Positions 7,480 through 17,839 of a DNA stretch of 56,175 bases are shown here, piece after piece. Made by a program: the position numbers and the translations under genes. Every line of letters begins with the position of its first letter. The first letter of the stretch is position 1. The notes beneath the pieces were generated by a model, which ran no database searches, was not told where the DNA came from, and was given only the letters and a program-made list of their open reading frames with translations. This DNA comes from Candidatus Aenigmatarchaeota archaeon (GTDB lineage Archaea; Aenigmatarchaeota; Aenigmatarchaeia; GW2011-AR5; JACRMX01), in assembly GCA_018304635.1 (NCBI GenBank), contig JAGVVW010000002.1, forward strand, positions 1 through 56,175. The letters are read 5' to 3'.

Positions 7480-8277
7480 ATGTTGTTGCATACATCAAAT
7501 ACATTTATAAACTATAATCACAAACTGAAGGAAGCTGACATCATTTTTATAGGCATTCGCTTCTCTGGTCGTGCACTGAATTCCTGTTCTTATTACGGAT
7601 CAACAATTGTCCGAGAATCTTTGAAACTCACAGAAGATTCTGAAAGATTATTTGAAAAATTAAAAATCTGCGATGTAGGTGATATTGAACCCGGAACCAG
7701 CTTTGAAACAATGAGCAGTCAGATAAGAGATACGATTGAGGAAATCAAAAATCAGAACAGTAAAGCAATGCTTTGCCTCATTGGCGGTGACCATTCAATA
7801 ACACTGCCGGTTATTGAAGCTCTTAAGCCGAAAACGATCGTACAGTTTGATGCTCATGCTGACATGCGAAGTGAATTTTTAGGAGACAGATACATGCAAC
7901 AGACATGGGCATATCATGCAGCTCAGAAATGCAAAATTATTCAGGTTGGAGTTCGTGCACAGAGCAGAGAAGAAATTGAAAACGCCAAAAATCTTAACGT
8001 AGTGCAAATGAACCCGGAAGAATTCATTAGAATTTCAAAAAATATCCAAAATCCTGTTCATATAACACTTGACATGGATGTATTTGATCCTTGTTACGTT
8101 GAAACGGGTTTGCCAGAACCAGATGGCTTAACACCCAAACAAGTTCTGGAATGTTTGCAAAAAATAAATCCAGATAGCATTGATATTGTAGAAATTTCTG
8201 ATAATAGATTGCCAAGCAAGACAGGTGCATTGGCAGCTGCATGTTTGGAAAGGATGTGGAATAGTGAAAGATCTTGA
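7480..8277 (+). CDS. speB: Arginase/agmatinase-family ureohydrolase (probable agmatinase)
   Basis: GGDHSIT, FDAHAD, DMDVFDP, TGLPEPDGL motifs. Confidence 0.82.
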   Translation: MLLHTSNTFINYNHKLKEADIIFIGIRFSGRALNSCSYYGSTIVRESLKLTEDSERLFEKLKICDVGDIEPGTSFETMSSQIRDTIEEIKNQNSKAMLCLIGGDHSITLPVIEALKPKTIVQFDAHADMRSEFLGDRYMQQTWAYHAAQKCKIIQVGVRAQSREEIENAKNLNVVQMNPEEFIRISKNIQNPVHITLDMDVFDPCYVETGLPEPDGLTPKQVLECLQKINPDSIDIVEISDNRLPSKTGALAAACLERMWNSERS

Positions 8278-8914
8278 AAAAATTTACCAGAAACGTTTTG
8301 GAAAAGACTCTGAATTTCGGAATAATATGTATAAAGTTCTTTGCAAATCATTTTTCCAGAAATATGTACCTGAAAATTCTGTTGTTTTAGACGTGGCTGC
8401 AGGTTATTGTGAATTCATAAATCATATAAAAGCAGGGAAGAAAATTGCTATCGATATAAATACCGATATTAAAAAATTTTCAGGAAATGATGTTGAAGCA
8501 ATTCTTTGCAGTTCAACAAACATGAAAAGTATCAAAAAAGAAAGTATAGACGTGGTTTTTTCCAGCAACTTTTTTGAGCATCTTACAAAACCTGATGTCA
8601 TCAAAACTATAAGCGAAATTCATCGCGTACTAAAGCCCAGTGGCAAACTGCTTGTGCTTCAACCGAATATCCGATATTGTTATAAAGATTACTGGATGTT
8701 TTTCGATCACATAATACCACTGGATGACCGTAGTCTTGTAGAAATACTGGAAATAAACAGATTTAAAATAGTGGAATGCAGGCCGAAGTTTCTGCCATTC
8801 ACCACAAAAAGCAAACTACCTAAATCAATAACACTTTTAAAATTATATCTCAGAATGCCTTTGGCCCAAAAAATCTTCGGTAAGCAGGCTTTTGTTTATG
8901 CTGTTAAAATTTAA
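8264..8914 (+). CDS. Class I SAM-dependent methyltransferase
   Basis: VLDVAAGYC, DVVFSSNFFEHL, RVLKPSGKL. Probable GTG start 8264. Confidence 0.85.
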   Translation: MKDLEKIYQKRFGKDSEFRNNMYKVLCKSFFQKYVPENSVVLDVAAGYCEFINHIKAGKKIAIDINTDIKKFSGNDVEAILCSSTNMKSIKKESIDVVFSSNFFEHLTKPDVIKTISEIHRVLKPSGKLLVLQPNIRYCYKDYWMFFDHIIPLDDRSLVEILEINRFKIVECRPKFLPFTTKSKLPKSITLLKLYLRMPLAQKIFGKQAFVYAVKI

Positions 8915-8948
8915 AGTGGTATTTAAATTTTCGTGATAAGAGTTACAA

Positions 8949-9905
8949 ATGCTGGAATATTTTCTGATAGCTTTTGTTGGCTTCGCCGTAACTGTTGGCA
9001 TAATGCCTGTTCTTTCGAAATTTCTGAAAAAAAAAGGTATTGTATCATATGACAAGCACAAAAACACAGGAGAACAAATTCCTGAATGGGGCGGGCTTGG
9101 GATATTTATCGGGTTTGTTGTTTCAATGCTTGCTGCATCGATGTTAACAGGATTTATTCAGATTATCTGGATTTCGATTTCGATTGTATTTCTTTGCACT
9201 GTAATCGGAATGCTTGATTATATTTTGCACTTGATGGACTTGCAAAAAGTTATGCTTCCATTATTAGTAGCTATACCCTTTGTTATAATTCAGCCTGTAA
9301 GCACTGAAATTGTTTTTCCGTTTATTGGGACGATTGATTTCGGGATATGGTATTATATTGTTTTAGTACCGCTTGCAATTACTGGAGCATGTAATGCAAT
9401 AAACATGCTGGCAGGCCTGAATGGATTAGAAGCTGGAAACAGCCTTGTGATTTTAACAGGAAGCACAATACTTTTCTTGATCGCCGATAACACTAATAGT
9501 CTTGTTTTATCAATAGCCATGATTGGACCGATAATTGGATTTCTTGTCTACAATAAATATCCTGCAAAAATATTTCCCGGAGATGTAGGTACATTTGCAA
9601 TGGGCGGTTTGATAGCTATGGTAGCTATTTTTTCAAAATTGGAATTTTTCATTGCAATAATGATGATTCCACAGTTTATTGAATTCTTCCTGAAGTTGCG
9701 TAGCAGATTCAAGGCTGAAAACTTTGGGAATATAAAAGGAAGTATTTTGACATCGCCGTATACAGCAAAATATTCTCTTACACACTTTTTCTACAGCGAA
9801 AACCGTTTCAATGAAAAAGAAATAGTCTATAAGTTATGGATATTCCAAGCTGTCTTTATTTTGCTTGCAGTTTCACTTTTTATATGGGGCGGATTTAAAT
9901 TATGA
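8949..9905 (+). CDS. aglH: UDP-GlcNAc:dolichyl-phosphate GlcNAc-1-phosphate transferase (AglH/GPT, MraY family)
   Basis: DKHK..IPEWGG, NAINMLAGLNGLEAG, YNKYPAKIFPGDVGT, many TM helices. Confidence 0.85.
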   Translation: MLEYFLIAFVGFAVTVGIMPVLSKFLKKKGIVSYDKHKNTGEQIPEWGGLGIFIGFVVSMLAASMLTGFIQIIWISISIVFLCTVIGMLDYILHLMDLQKVMLPLLVAIPFVIIQPVSTEIVFPFIGTIDFGIWYYIVLVPLAITGACNAINMLAGLNGLEAGNSLVILTGSTILFLIADNTNSLVLSIAMIGPIIGFLVYNKYPAKIFPGDVGTFAMGGLIAMVAIFSKLEFFIAIMMIPQFIEFFLKLRSRFKAENFGNIKGSILTSPYTAKYSLTHFFYSENRFNEKEIVYKLWIFQAVFILLAVSLFIWGGFKL

Positions 9906-10750
9906 AGTTTACAGTCGGCATAGCAGCTTATAACGAGGAAAAAACACTGCCAAAAACAATTCCTTTAATGCTTGAACATCTTGGGAAAAACCATCTCATT
10001 ATATCTGCATGTGGCAGTGATACAATAAGAATTGCAAATGAACTAGCAAAAAAAGATGAAAGAATAATAATTATTGAAGAACATAAAAGAGAAGGTAAAG
10101 CAGCTGCCTTGAATAAAATACTTAAAGCTGCAAAAACCGAAGTAATAATCTTAACTGATGCTGATGTTATTCCGGAAAAGGGTTCTTTTGAACTTATTTC
10201 TGAACATTTCAAAAAACCTAATATTGGATATGTATCAGGTCGTGCGATCGCCTTAAACAACGATAAGTCTGTTTTTACATTTTACGCTAACTTTTCTTAT
10301 GGCACTATGCATGAGCTGCGTTTGAAATGCCATAAGCTGCCAACTGGTTATTTATTTGGAATAAGAAAATCATCTGTCAGTCCAATACCTGACTGCCACT
10401 CAGAAGATGCATTGATAGGTACTATGATTAGTAGCAATGGTTATGAATTTGTTTATGAACCTAAAGCTGTTGTAAAAGTTTTATATCCCACGAACTGGAA
10501 GGATTTTTTTATTCAGAAAACCAGAACAAGACTCGGACACTTGGAAGTAAAGCATAGAATGAAAATGAATTTCAGGGAATTCAGACCAAGAGGAGAAATT
10601 TTAAATATGCTTCGAAAATATAACACCAAAGAAAAGCTTTTGATTGCTTTTTACATGCTTGCAGAAAGCCTTGTATGGATTAAGGCATGGGTTAAGTTTA
10701 AAACAGGCAGAAAAGGATGGGAACGTGTGGAGAGCAGTAAAAAGATATAA
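9902..10750 (+). CDS. Glycosyltransferase family 2
   Basis: GIAAYNEE, GKAAALN, LTDAD, SEDA, QKTR. Confidence 0.88.
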   Translation: MKFTVGIAAYNEEKTLPKTIPLMLEHLGKNHLIISACGSDTIRIANELAKKDERIIIIEEHKREGKAAALNKILKAAKTEVIILTDADVIPEKGSFELISEHFKKPNIGYVSGRAIALNNDKSVFTFYANFSYGTMHELRLKCHKLPTGYLFGIRKSSVSPIPDCHSEDALIGTMISSNGYEFVYEPKAVVKVLYPTNWKDFFIQKTRTRLGHLEVKHRMKMNFREFRPRGEILNMLRKYNTKEKLLIAFYMLAESLVWIKAWVKFKTGRKGWERVESSKKI

Positions 10751-10817
10751 GCCTTTTTCAAGATTTGAAATTTTAGTCTATGAAAAATCCTTGGGAAAAA
10801 TATTATAAAGCCTTTTT
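10750..10817. repeat. Dispersed intergenic element, diverged copy at 49118-49198
   Basis: agcctttttcaagatttgaaatttt...aaaaatccttgggaaaaatatta versus agcctttttggagattt...gaaatttt...aaaaatcctggggaaaatatta. Confidence 0.65.
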
Positions 10818-11564
10818 CTAACGAAATAGAAAGTTACACTTCTTTTTGATGTTTTCAATAATATGCTTTTTATTTATCTCTATGTTTTCAGGAATAAGAT
10901 AATTTATTTCCAAAGGGTCAAAAGATTCAATCTTATCCAAAAATACAGAAATTTCAAATTTTTTGATTCCTACACTGATAAGTTTTTTAATAAACATATC
11001 CTTCATTATTTTCTTGGAAAAATTGAGCTGCATGAGATAAAACACATCTATAATATCTTTCGCATGACCTCTTGTATATAAAGCACGAAGTTTTTCACCC
11101 ACCAACTCCTCAATTTTCATCGCAGAAACTTTAAAATTTTCAATATCTGGATAGAAATGGATTACTTTCTTTTTCACTGGATTCAATAAGGGCCTTTCCC
11201 TGAAACTTAAATCTATTTTAAAAAAGTTTTTGTATCTGAGAGGTCCGATAAATGAAACGGAAAACGATTCGGACTCCTTGCCTTTGAATTTATCCCTGAA
11301 TTCAAGTCGAAACTCATTTCGTTTAAAAATATTCCGGAACACCTGCTCGAAATTTTTCCGTTTTAAAACTGTGAAATCCAGATCTTCTGAAAACCTGAAA
11401 CCTTCGATATACAATTTTTTAATAGCAGTTCCGCCTTTAAAAACCAGCGGCTCATCACGGATTTCATAAAGAAATTTCGTTATCATATAATCTTTTTCAA
11501 TAACACCGGCAGGAACTCCGGACTGTGATGCCAATCTCCTTATGATAACATCATCTAACATCAT
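10818..11564 (-). CDS. abiEii: AbiEii/AbiGii-family nucleotidyltransferase toxin (type IV TA)
   Basis: IEKDY, LVFKGGTAIKK, RFSEDLDF, EKLRAL..R...KDIID. Confidence 0.92.
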   Translation of the reverse strand: MMLDDVIIRRLASQSGVPAGVIEKDYMITKFLYEIRDEPLVFKGGTAIKKLYIEGFRFSEDLDFTVLKRKNFEQVFRNIFKRNEFRLEFRDKFKGKESESFSVSFIGPLRYKNFFKIDLSFRERPLLNPVKKKVIHFYPDIENFKVSAMKIEELVGEKLRALYTRGHAKDIIDVFYLMQLNFSKKIMKDMFIKKLISVGIKKFEISVFLDKIESFDPLEINYLIPENIEINKKHIIENIKKKCNFLFR

Positions 11565-12267
11565 TAACAACCATCCACTTTTTATTTTTAAACACGGATT
11601 CGCTGGAAATGTTTAATTTTGTGTAGAATGAAACTTTTTTAACTTTAATAAGCATTTGTCGTTCTGAATGTGAAGGGATTTTAATTTTATTATATTCAAG
11701 AACATATCCCAGTCGTCTGATTAAAGACATGTTATTTATACGAAAAGCATAATTTATCAGCTTTTCAGTATAATATTTATTTTTAAAACAACCAATAACA
11801 TGTCTGATACCGCCGGCATATTTCGGCTTTTCCAGAGAATCCAGCAATGCCCTTTCCCTATCTGCCATAAAAATTTTTGCACCCTGAAATTCAACACATT
11901 TAAATCCGAAAAATTTTTTCTCTGAAATCTTTATCATTTGAATATCAAGAAATCTGCCATATTCTTCCGTTGTAGCAGCTATTTGAATCATGGGAACCTG
12001 ATCTGTTAAACCGTGAAAATTAAGTGCTGTTATAAATGAAAAATAATATTTCTTTATAACTTCTGAAAAAACCGATATGCTGTTTTCTTCCGGTTTTGTA
12101 TAAACTCCTTTTTTAACCCTGATCAGCAGACCCTTTTTTGCCATCCTGTGCAGAATAACAGAAGCCTCATTTTTTGTACATACGAACATGCCTATAACAT
12201 CCAGTACTGATACTGTTCGTTTTTTGTGATCCAGTACAACGCTTTCCATTTTGCTCATGGTTTTCAT
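11551..12267 (-). CDS. abiEi: AbiEi-family antitoxin / transcriptional regulator (type IV TA)
   Basis: N-terminal wHTH LHRMAKKGLLIRVKKGVY, then SFITALNFHGLTDQVP, ERALLDSL..PKYAGG. Overlaps the toxin start. Start chosen from TATA spacing (track 12282). Confidence 0.88.
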   Translation of the reverse strand: MKTMSKMESVVLDHKKRTVSVLDVIGMFVCTKNEASVILHRMAKKGLLIRVKKGVYTKPEENSISVFSEVIKKYYFSFITALNFHGLTDQVPMIQIAATTEEYGRFLDIQMIKISEKKFFGFKCVEFQGAKIFMADRERALLDSLEKPKYAGGIRHVIGCFKNKYYTEKLINYAFRINNMSLIRRLGYVLEYNKIKIPSHSERQMLIKVKKVSFYTKLNISSESVFKNKKWMVVNDVR

Positions 12268-12280
12268 GAATATATTCATC

Positions 12281-12306
12281 ACAAAGAGTATAAATACTTT
12301 TTTTGT
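12281..12306 (-). promoter_or_regulatory. TATA box of the abiE operon embedded in an imperfect palindrome, candidate autoregulatory operator
   Basis: acaaagagtat-aa-atactttttttgt. Minus strand reads aaaagTATTTATActc. Confidence 0.45.
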
Positions 12307-12406
12307 CTAAATTAACAAACTGTTAATCTACAGTAAAATTATATTTTAGCAGTTTTTCTTGGGTTGACATCGTTTTGAGCAAAGAGATTCCTTTCGATTT
12401 ATGTAT

Positions 12407-12582
12407 GATTTTTTCAGCCTCCATTTTTGGATGGAGAACCTGAAAAAATCCTTCATATCTTCCACATCTCAATCTGGTCCCAGTTTTCTTTGCCTCCGAT
12501 GAAATCTGGGCAAAGAAAACTTTCATGCTCAAAGAACCAAAGGTTCTTTGGCATATCAGAAAGCATAGCTTTCTGAATATCA
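12407..12582. repeat. Array of four hairpins including the second copy of the double-hairpin unit
   Basis: gattttttcag...ctgaaaaaatc (12407-12450, inner ctccat/atggag). agttttctttgcc...ggcaaagaaaact (12482-12521). atgctcaaagaacc-aaa-ggttctttggcat. atatcagaaagc-ata-gctttctgaatat. Confidence 0.9.
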
Positions 12583-12641
12583 TGCACGTACTGAAAGGAA
12601 TCATACAGCAAAGTTTTCGAAATATATAAAATTATCCGTGA

Positions 12642-13367
12642 ATGATTATTATGCCCCCTGAAATTTCAATAATAATACCTGCAAGAAATGAGGAAGGAAA
12701 TATAGAGTCAACAATAGTGAACTGTTATAAGAAAGTCAGTCCTGAAAAGGAAATTATAGTCATAGATGATCATTCCTCTGATAAAACATATGAAATAGTG
12801 AACTCACTAAAGAAAAAATTCAAATATGTCAGGATTTTTAAAAATGAAAATAATGCAGGATTCGGAAACGCACTCAGGTTTGGATTTCAGAAAGCCAATG
12901 GAAAATATATTGTACCTGTGATGGCAGACCTCTGCGACGATCCGGGCACTATAAATAAAATGTATGAGAAGGCGGAGGAAGGGTTTGACATAGTGTGCGG
13001 ATGCAGATATATGAAAGGTAGCGATATGATTAACTCACCAATCATCAAAAAATTCATCTCCAAAAATTACGGAAAGCTCATAAATATGGTTCTTGGAATA
13101 CCCACAAAAGACATTACAAATGCATTTAAGCTATACAGAAAAACAATATTTGAAAACATAGAAATTGAAAAAAACGATTTTTCAATATCAGTTGAAATCC
13201 CACTGAAAGCGTATTTTAAGAAATATAGAATAACTGATGTACCGACTATTTGGTACGGTCGGAAAAAGGGAAAATCGAAATTCAAAATATTTAAGATGGG
13301 AAAATCTTATTTCAATATGTTTATTTTTGGGCTGAAGAAAAGTATGAACTTTGTCAAAGGTGGTTAA
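12642..13367 (+). CDS. GT2, dolichol-phosphate sugar synthase (DPM1-like)
   Basis: [55 protein letters not shown]. Confidence 0.88.
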   Translation: MIIMPPEISIIIPARNEEGNIESTIVNCYKKVSPEKEIIVIDDHSSDKTYEIVNSLKKKFKYVRIFKNENNAGFGNALRFGFQKANGKYIVPVMADLCDDPGTINKMYEKAEEGFDIVCGCRYMKGSDMINSPIIKKFISKNYGKLINMVLGIPTKDITNAFKLYRKTIFENIEIEKNDFSISVEIPLKAYFKKYRITDVPTIWYGRKKGKSKFKIFKMGKSYFNMFIFGLKKSMNFVKGG

Positions 13368-13368
13368 A

Positions 13369-13908
13369 ATGAAAAAAAATGTACACAAAAATGTGTCCAT
13401 AGGTGAATATCCTGAAACGGGTGAAGTGAATGTCGGCAACAATGCTGTAATAAGAGAGGGTTCTATTATTTATTCGGGCGTTAGAATAGGTGATAATCTG
13501 AAAACCGGGCATCATATATTAATAAGAGAAAAAACAGAAATAGGAAACAATGTCCTTGTAGGCACTCATGTTGTGATTGATGGTTATTGTAAAATTGGAA
13601 ATAATGTTTCTATCCAATCAGGAGCTTATATTACAAAAAATACAATAATAGAAGATGATGTCTTTATTGGACCGGGAGTTAAGACATTGAATGATAAATA
13701 TATGAAAAATCCAAGTTTGGGAGAAGAAGCAAAATTAATAGGCCCTGTTATAAAAAAGGGTGCTAAAATAGGTGGCGGTAGTGTTATTTTACCTGGTATT
13801 GAAATAGGAGAAAATGCAATTATCGGAGCTGGATCTGTTGTAACAAGGAACGTTCCTCCGGAAAAAATTTATATTGGAAATCCTGCAAAAGAACTCAAAA
13901 GAGGTTAA
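13369..13908 (+). CDS. Hexapeptide-repeat sugar N-acetyltransferase (WbpD-like)
   Basis: Left-handed beta-helix repeats, [32 protein letters not shown] 13369 follows AGGTGG. Confidence 0.85.
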   Translation: MKKNVHKNVSIGEYPETGEVNVGNNAVIREGSIIYSGVRIGDNLKTGHHILIREKTEIGNNVLVGTHVVIDGYCKIGNNVSIQSGAYITKNTIIEDDVFIGPGVKTLNDKYMKNPSLGEEAKLIGPVIKKGAKIGGGSVILPGIEIGENAIIGAGSVVTRNVPPEKIYIGNPAKELKRG

Positions 13909-13911
13909 CTT

Positions 13912-14976
13912 ATGATATCCATTGCAAAACCCATAATAAGACAGAAAGAACTGGATGCAATTGAGAGTGTCATTGAAAGTGGAAATTTTGCACAAGGACC
14001 GGTGGTAAAAGAATTTGAAAATAAATTTGCAAAATACATAGGAACAAAATATGCTATTGCTGTCAATAGTGGAACAGCAGCTCTGCATGTTGCAATAGCA
14101 GCAGCAGGAATTAAAAAAGAAGTGATTGTACCATCATTTACATTCGGCTCAACAGCAACAAGTGTTATTCATGCAGGAGCAAAACCTGTTTTTGCAGATG
14201 TTTCAGATGATGACTATAATATAAATCCCGAAAGTATAAAACAAAAAATAACAGATAAAACAGAAGCAATACTTCCTGTACATCTTTTCGGTCAGCCGTG
14301 CGATATGGAAAAAATAATCGAACTTGCAAAAGAGAATGATTTAATAATTATTGAAGACTGCTGCCAGGCTCATGGCGCAGAATTCAATGAAAAAAAAGTC
14401 GGGTCCTTCGGAATCGGCTGCTTTTCTTTCTATCCAACGAAAAACATGACAACCTTTGAAGGTGGTATAATAACAACAGATAACTTGGAAATAGCAGAAA
14501 AATCCAGAATGCTGAGAAATCATGGATGTAAAGAAAGATATAAACATGAAATAATCGGTTACAACTTCAGAATGACTGACATCTCAGCTGCAGTAGGAAT
14601 TGTACAGCTGGAAAACCTTGAAAAATGGAATTCAAAAAGAATAGAAAATGCAGGATATTTATCAGAAAATATAAACATTCCTTTCATAGAAAAGCCCGTC
14701 ATAAAAGAGGGGAGAAAACATGTATTCAATCAGTATACAATAAAAGTTAGAAACAATAAAAGAGATGAACTGTCGGAATTTCTTAATAAAAAAGAAATAG
14801 GAACAGGAATATACTATCCAGAACCTTTACACAAACAACCGATATTTAACAACAATTATTTTTTACCGGTCTCCGAATCTCTATGTTTGAAAATTTTATC
14901 TCTGCCTGTACATGCTGCTCTGGAAAAAAAAGACATGGATCATATTATCAACACTTTAAAAGATTTTAGTAGATAA
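13912..14976 (+). CDS. DegT/DnrJ/EryC1/StrS aminotransferase (WbpE-like)
   Basis: NSGTAALH, PVHLFGQ, EDCCQAHGA, FSFYPTKNMTTFEGG, GYNFRM. Confidence 0.92.
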   Translation: MISIAKPIIRQKELDAIESVIESGNFAQGPVVKEFENKFAKYIGTKYAIAVNSGTAALHVAIAAAGIKKEVIVPSFTFGSTATSVIHAGAKPVFADVSDDDYNINPESIKQKITDKTEAILPVHLFGQPCDMEKIIELAKENDLIIIEDCCQAHGAEFNEKKVGSFGIGCFSFYPTKNMTTFEGGIITTDNLEIAEKSRMLRNHGCKERYKHEIIGYNFRMTDISAAVGIVQLENLEKWNSKRIENAGYLSENINIPFIEKPVIKEGRKHVFNQYTIKVRNNKRDELSEFLNKKEIGTGIYYPEPLHKQPIFNNNYFLPVSESLCLKILSLPVHAALEKKDMDHIINTLKDFSR

Positions 14977-14983
14977 TTAAACC

Positions 14984-15958
14984 ATGCTTAAAGCAGCAGT
15001 GATAGGAACAGGTTACATGGGAAAAAACCACTGTAGAATCTACCGCGATATATACGGCATTGATCTTATTTCTGTGTCTGATACAAATTTTGAAGAAGCT
15101 AAAAAGACCTCTGATAAATTTTCATGTAAAGCATATGACAATTCCGCAGAGATGATAAAAAAAGAAAATCCTGATTTTGTTTCCATATGTGTACCAACTA
15201 TATTGCATAAAGACATAGCACTGGAAGTTATAAATTCAGGATGCCACGCATTGATTGAAAAACCAATAGCTGACAGTTCTGAAAATGCAATGAAAATTAT
15301 TAATTCTGCAAAAGAAAAAGATGTGAAATTAATGATTGGACATATTGAAAGGTTTAACCCTGTAATAAAAAAAATATTCCAGTGCATTGAATCAGGCATG
15401 ATTGGAAAGATTTGGTGTATCAACACCGTAAGAAAAAATCCAACTCCGGACAGGATTCGCGATGTGGGTGTTGTGATAGATCTTGCTGTTCACGACATTG
15501 ATATTATGCGATATCTCTTGAAGTCTGAACCAGTTAGAATATCAGCAGAAACAGGAAAATATGCAACAAAAAATGAAGATATCATGAATGCTCTGTTGCG
15601 ATTTGAAAACGGTGTCCTTGGTATTTTAGATGTGAATTGGATAACACCACTAAAAATCAGGGAAATATACATAAATGGAGAAAAAGGCATGTTAAAAGCA
15701 GATTACATTTCACAGAATCTGGAATTTTTTGGAAACAGCGCCTATCCATCGAATGATATAGATTATTCTCAAACACTCATGGGAATATCTCAGGGTGAGA
15801 TTAGAAAAATACCTGTTGACAAGAGAGAACCGCTGAAAGTAGAATTAGAAGCTTTTATTGATTGTATAAAAAATAATAAAGAACCTCCTGTTACAGGTCA
15901 GGATGGTTTAAGAGCTCTTGAAATCGCTGAAACAATATTAAAAAAATCTGCTGAGTGA
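14984..15958 (+). CDS. Gfo/Idh/MocA oxidoreductase (UDP-GlcNAcA 3-dehydrogenase, WbpB-like)
   Basis: VIGTGYMG, IEKPIA, GHIERFNP, DLAVHDID. Confidence 0.88.
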   Translation: MLKAAVIGTGYMGKNHCRIYRDIYGIDLISVSDTNFEEAKKTSDKFSCKAYDNSAEMIKKENPDFVSICVPTILHKDIALEVINSGCHALIEKPIADSSENAMKIINSAKEKDVKLMIGHIERFNPVIKKIFQCIESGMIGKIWCINTVRKNPTPDRIRDVGVVIDLAVHDIDIMRYLLKSEPVRISAETGKYATKNEDIMNALLRFENGVLGILDVNWITPLKIREIYINGEKGMLKADYISQNLEFFGNSAYPSNDIDYSQTLMGISQGEIRKIPVDKREPLKVELEAFIDCIKNNKEPPVTGQDGLRALEIAETILKKSAE

Positions 15959-15962
15959 TTGT

Positions 15963-17216
15963 ATGAATGATAAAGTAGCTGTTATAGGCCTAGGAAAGGT
16001 AGGAATTCCAATCGTAGCTCAGTGCTTAAGCAAAGGAATGAATGTAACAGGAATAGATATAAACAATCAAACAATAGAGAATTTAAACAAAGGAATAATC
16101 AATGTAGATGAACCTGAAGCTGAAAACATTATAAAAAAAGCTCTGGAAAGAAAATTCTTCGTAGCCAGTACAAAATTTGAAGATATCTCTGAGTGTGATA
16201 TAGTCATTGTAATAATACCGCTTGTTATTGATGATGATAAAAACATTAAATATGGTCCTATTGAAAATCTGACAGTTACAATTTCAAAATTTGTTAAAAC
16301 AAATAGTCTTGTAATATACGAAACAACTCTTCCAATAGGCGATACTAGACGTTTTTCAGAAATGTTGAGAAAGGAAAAAAATATTTATGTTGCGTACAGC
16401 CCTGAACGGGTATATGCCGGTAGAATCCTGAAAGATCTTGCAACTTACCCAAAAATATTGGGTGGTGTGGATGAGCAAAGCTCAAGAAAGGCAGAAGAAT
16501 TTTATAAAAAATTACTGGATGTTAAGGTATTAGTTGCAAAAAATAGTGAAACAGCAGAAGCTTCAAAACTTTTTGACATGATATACAGGGACACCAACAT
16601 AGCTCTCGCAAATGAATATGCAAAATTTTGCCAGGACACTAACATAGATGTGGATGAAGTTATTGAATTGGCAAATACAAATCCTTTTGTGAACATACAC
16701 CTCCCTGGAATAGGTGTTGGAGGCCACTGCACACCTGTTTATCCATACTTTTTAATAAATAAATCTAAAGTTACAATACCTTCATTTGCTAGAAAAATAA
16801 ACGAGAGAATGCCGGAATTTGGTGTCAATATACTTCAAAAGGAATTGAATAAAATCGGAAAATCTATTTCTGAATCTTCTGTACTGGTTCTGGGTTTGTC
16901 ATTCAGACCGGGTGTTAAGGAACCTGCATTTAGTCCATCTATAAAAGTCATAGAAGAACTTAAAAATCACAATGCATGTGTTTATTTACATGACCCAATG
17001 TTCTCGGAAAAAGAGATAAGAAATTTTTGTGAATATGGGAATCTTAATGCAAACTACGATGCTGTCATACTCTGCACAGCACATCCTGAATACTTAAAAA
17101 TAGATTTTTCAGACATGAAAAATAAAGGCTTGAAAATTATAATTGATGGAAGAAATGTTCTAAAAAAAGAAAAAATAAAAAGTCTCGGTTTAATTTACAG
17201 AGGTATTGGAAAATGA
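15963..17216 (+). CDS. Nucleotide-sugar 6-dehydrogenase (WbpA/WecC-like)
   Basis: VIGLGKVG, YSPERV, GIGVGGHC, LGLSFRPGV, IDGRN. Confidence 0.9.
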   Translation: MNDKVAVIGLGKVGIPIVAQCLSKGMNVTGIDINNQTIENLNKGIINVDEPEAENIIKKALERKFFVASTKFEDISECDIVIVIIPLVIDDDKNIKYGPIENLTVTISKFVKTNSLVIYETTLPIGDTRRFSEMLRKEKNIYVAYSPERVYAGRILKDLATYPKILGGVDEQSSRKAEEFYKKLLDVKVLVAKNSETAEASKLFDMIYRDTNIALANEYAKFCQDTNIDVDEVIELANTNPFVNIHLPGIGVGGHCTPVYPYFLINKSKVTIPSFARKINERMPEFGVNILQKELNKIGKSISESSVLVLGLSFRPGVKEPAFSPSIKVIEELKNHNACVYLHDPMFSEKEIRNFCEYGNLNANYDAVILCTAHPEYLKIDFSDMKNKGLKIIIDGRNVLKKEKIKSLGLIYRGIGK

Positions 17217-17839
17217 AAGAAAAAGTTCTGGTTTTAAGTCCTCACACAGATGATGGAGAAATCGGAGCTGGTGGAACTATTGCAAAATTTATAGAAAACG
17301 GGGGTGAAGTTTTTTACGCGGCATTCTCAACATGTGAAAAATCAATATCAGAGGAGTTTCCAAAAGATATACTAAAGTCAGAAGTTAGAAAAGCAACAGC
17401 TGTCCTTGGGATTAAGCCGGAGAATTTAAATATACTTGATTATCCTGTACGAGAATTCAGCTCAAGAAGACAGGAAATACTTCAGGAAATGATAGATATT
17501 AATAAAAAAATAAATCCGGATATTGTTTTTACTCCCTGCTCAAATGACACACATCAGGATCATGAAGTAATCTCCAGAGAATCATTCAGAGCTTTCAAAA
17601 AAACCAGCATTCTTGGTTATGAAGAACCGTGGAATTGCCGCGTAATTAAGTCTGATATATTTGTTACACTTTCTGAATCAAATATTAATAAAAAAATCAT
17701 GGCTCTTAAAGAATATGAATCACAGAAAAGGGATTACTTAAATCATGAATTCATACGAAGCCTTGCAAAAGTCAGGGGTACCCAAATTGGAAAGTCATTG
17801 GCAGAAACCTTTGAGGTGATAAGGTGGATAATAAAGTAA
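17213..17839 (+). CDS. PIG-L family de-N-acetylase
   Basis: SPHTDDGEIGAGGT, DTHQDH, YESQ. Confidence 0.9.
   Translation: MKEKVLVLSPHTDDGEIGAGGTIAKFIENGGEVFYAAFSTCEKSISEEFPKDILKSEVRKATAVLGIKPENLNILDYPVREFSSRRQEILQEMIDINKKINPDIVFTPCSNDTHQDHEVISRESFRAFKKTSILGYEEPWNCRVIKSDIFVTLSESNINKKIMALKEYESQKRDYLNHEFIRSLAKVRGTQIGKSLAETFEVIRWIIK

Noticed and set aside
12323..12604. 93-aa minus-strand ORF
   Set aside because: It is a translation of the hairpin array, which also occurs in non-coding context at 6077.
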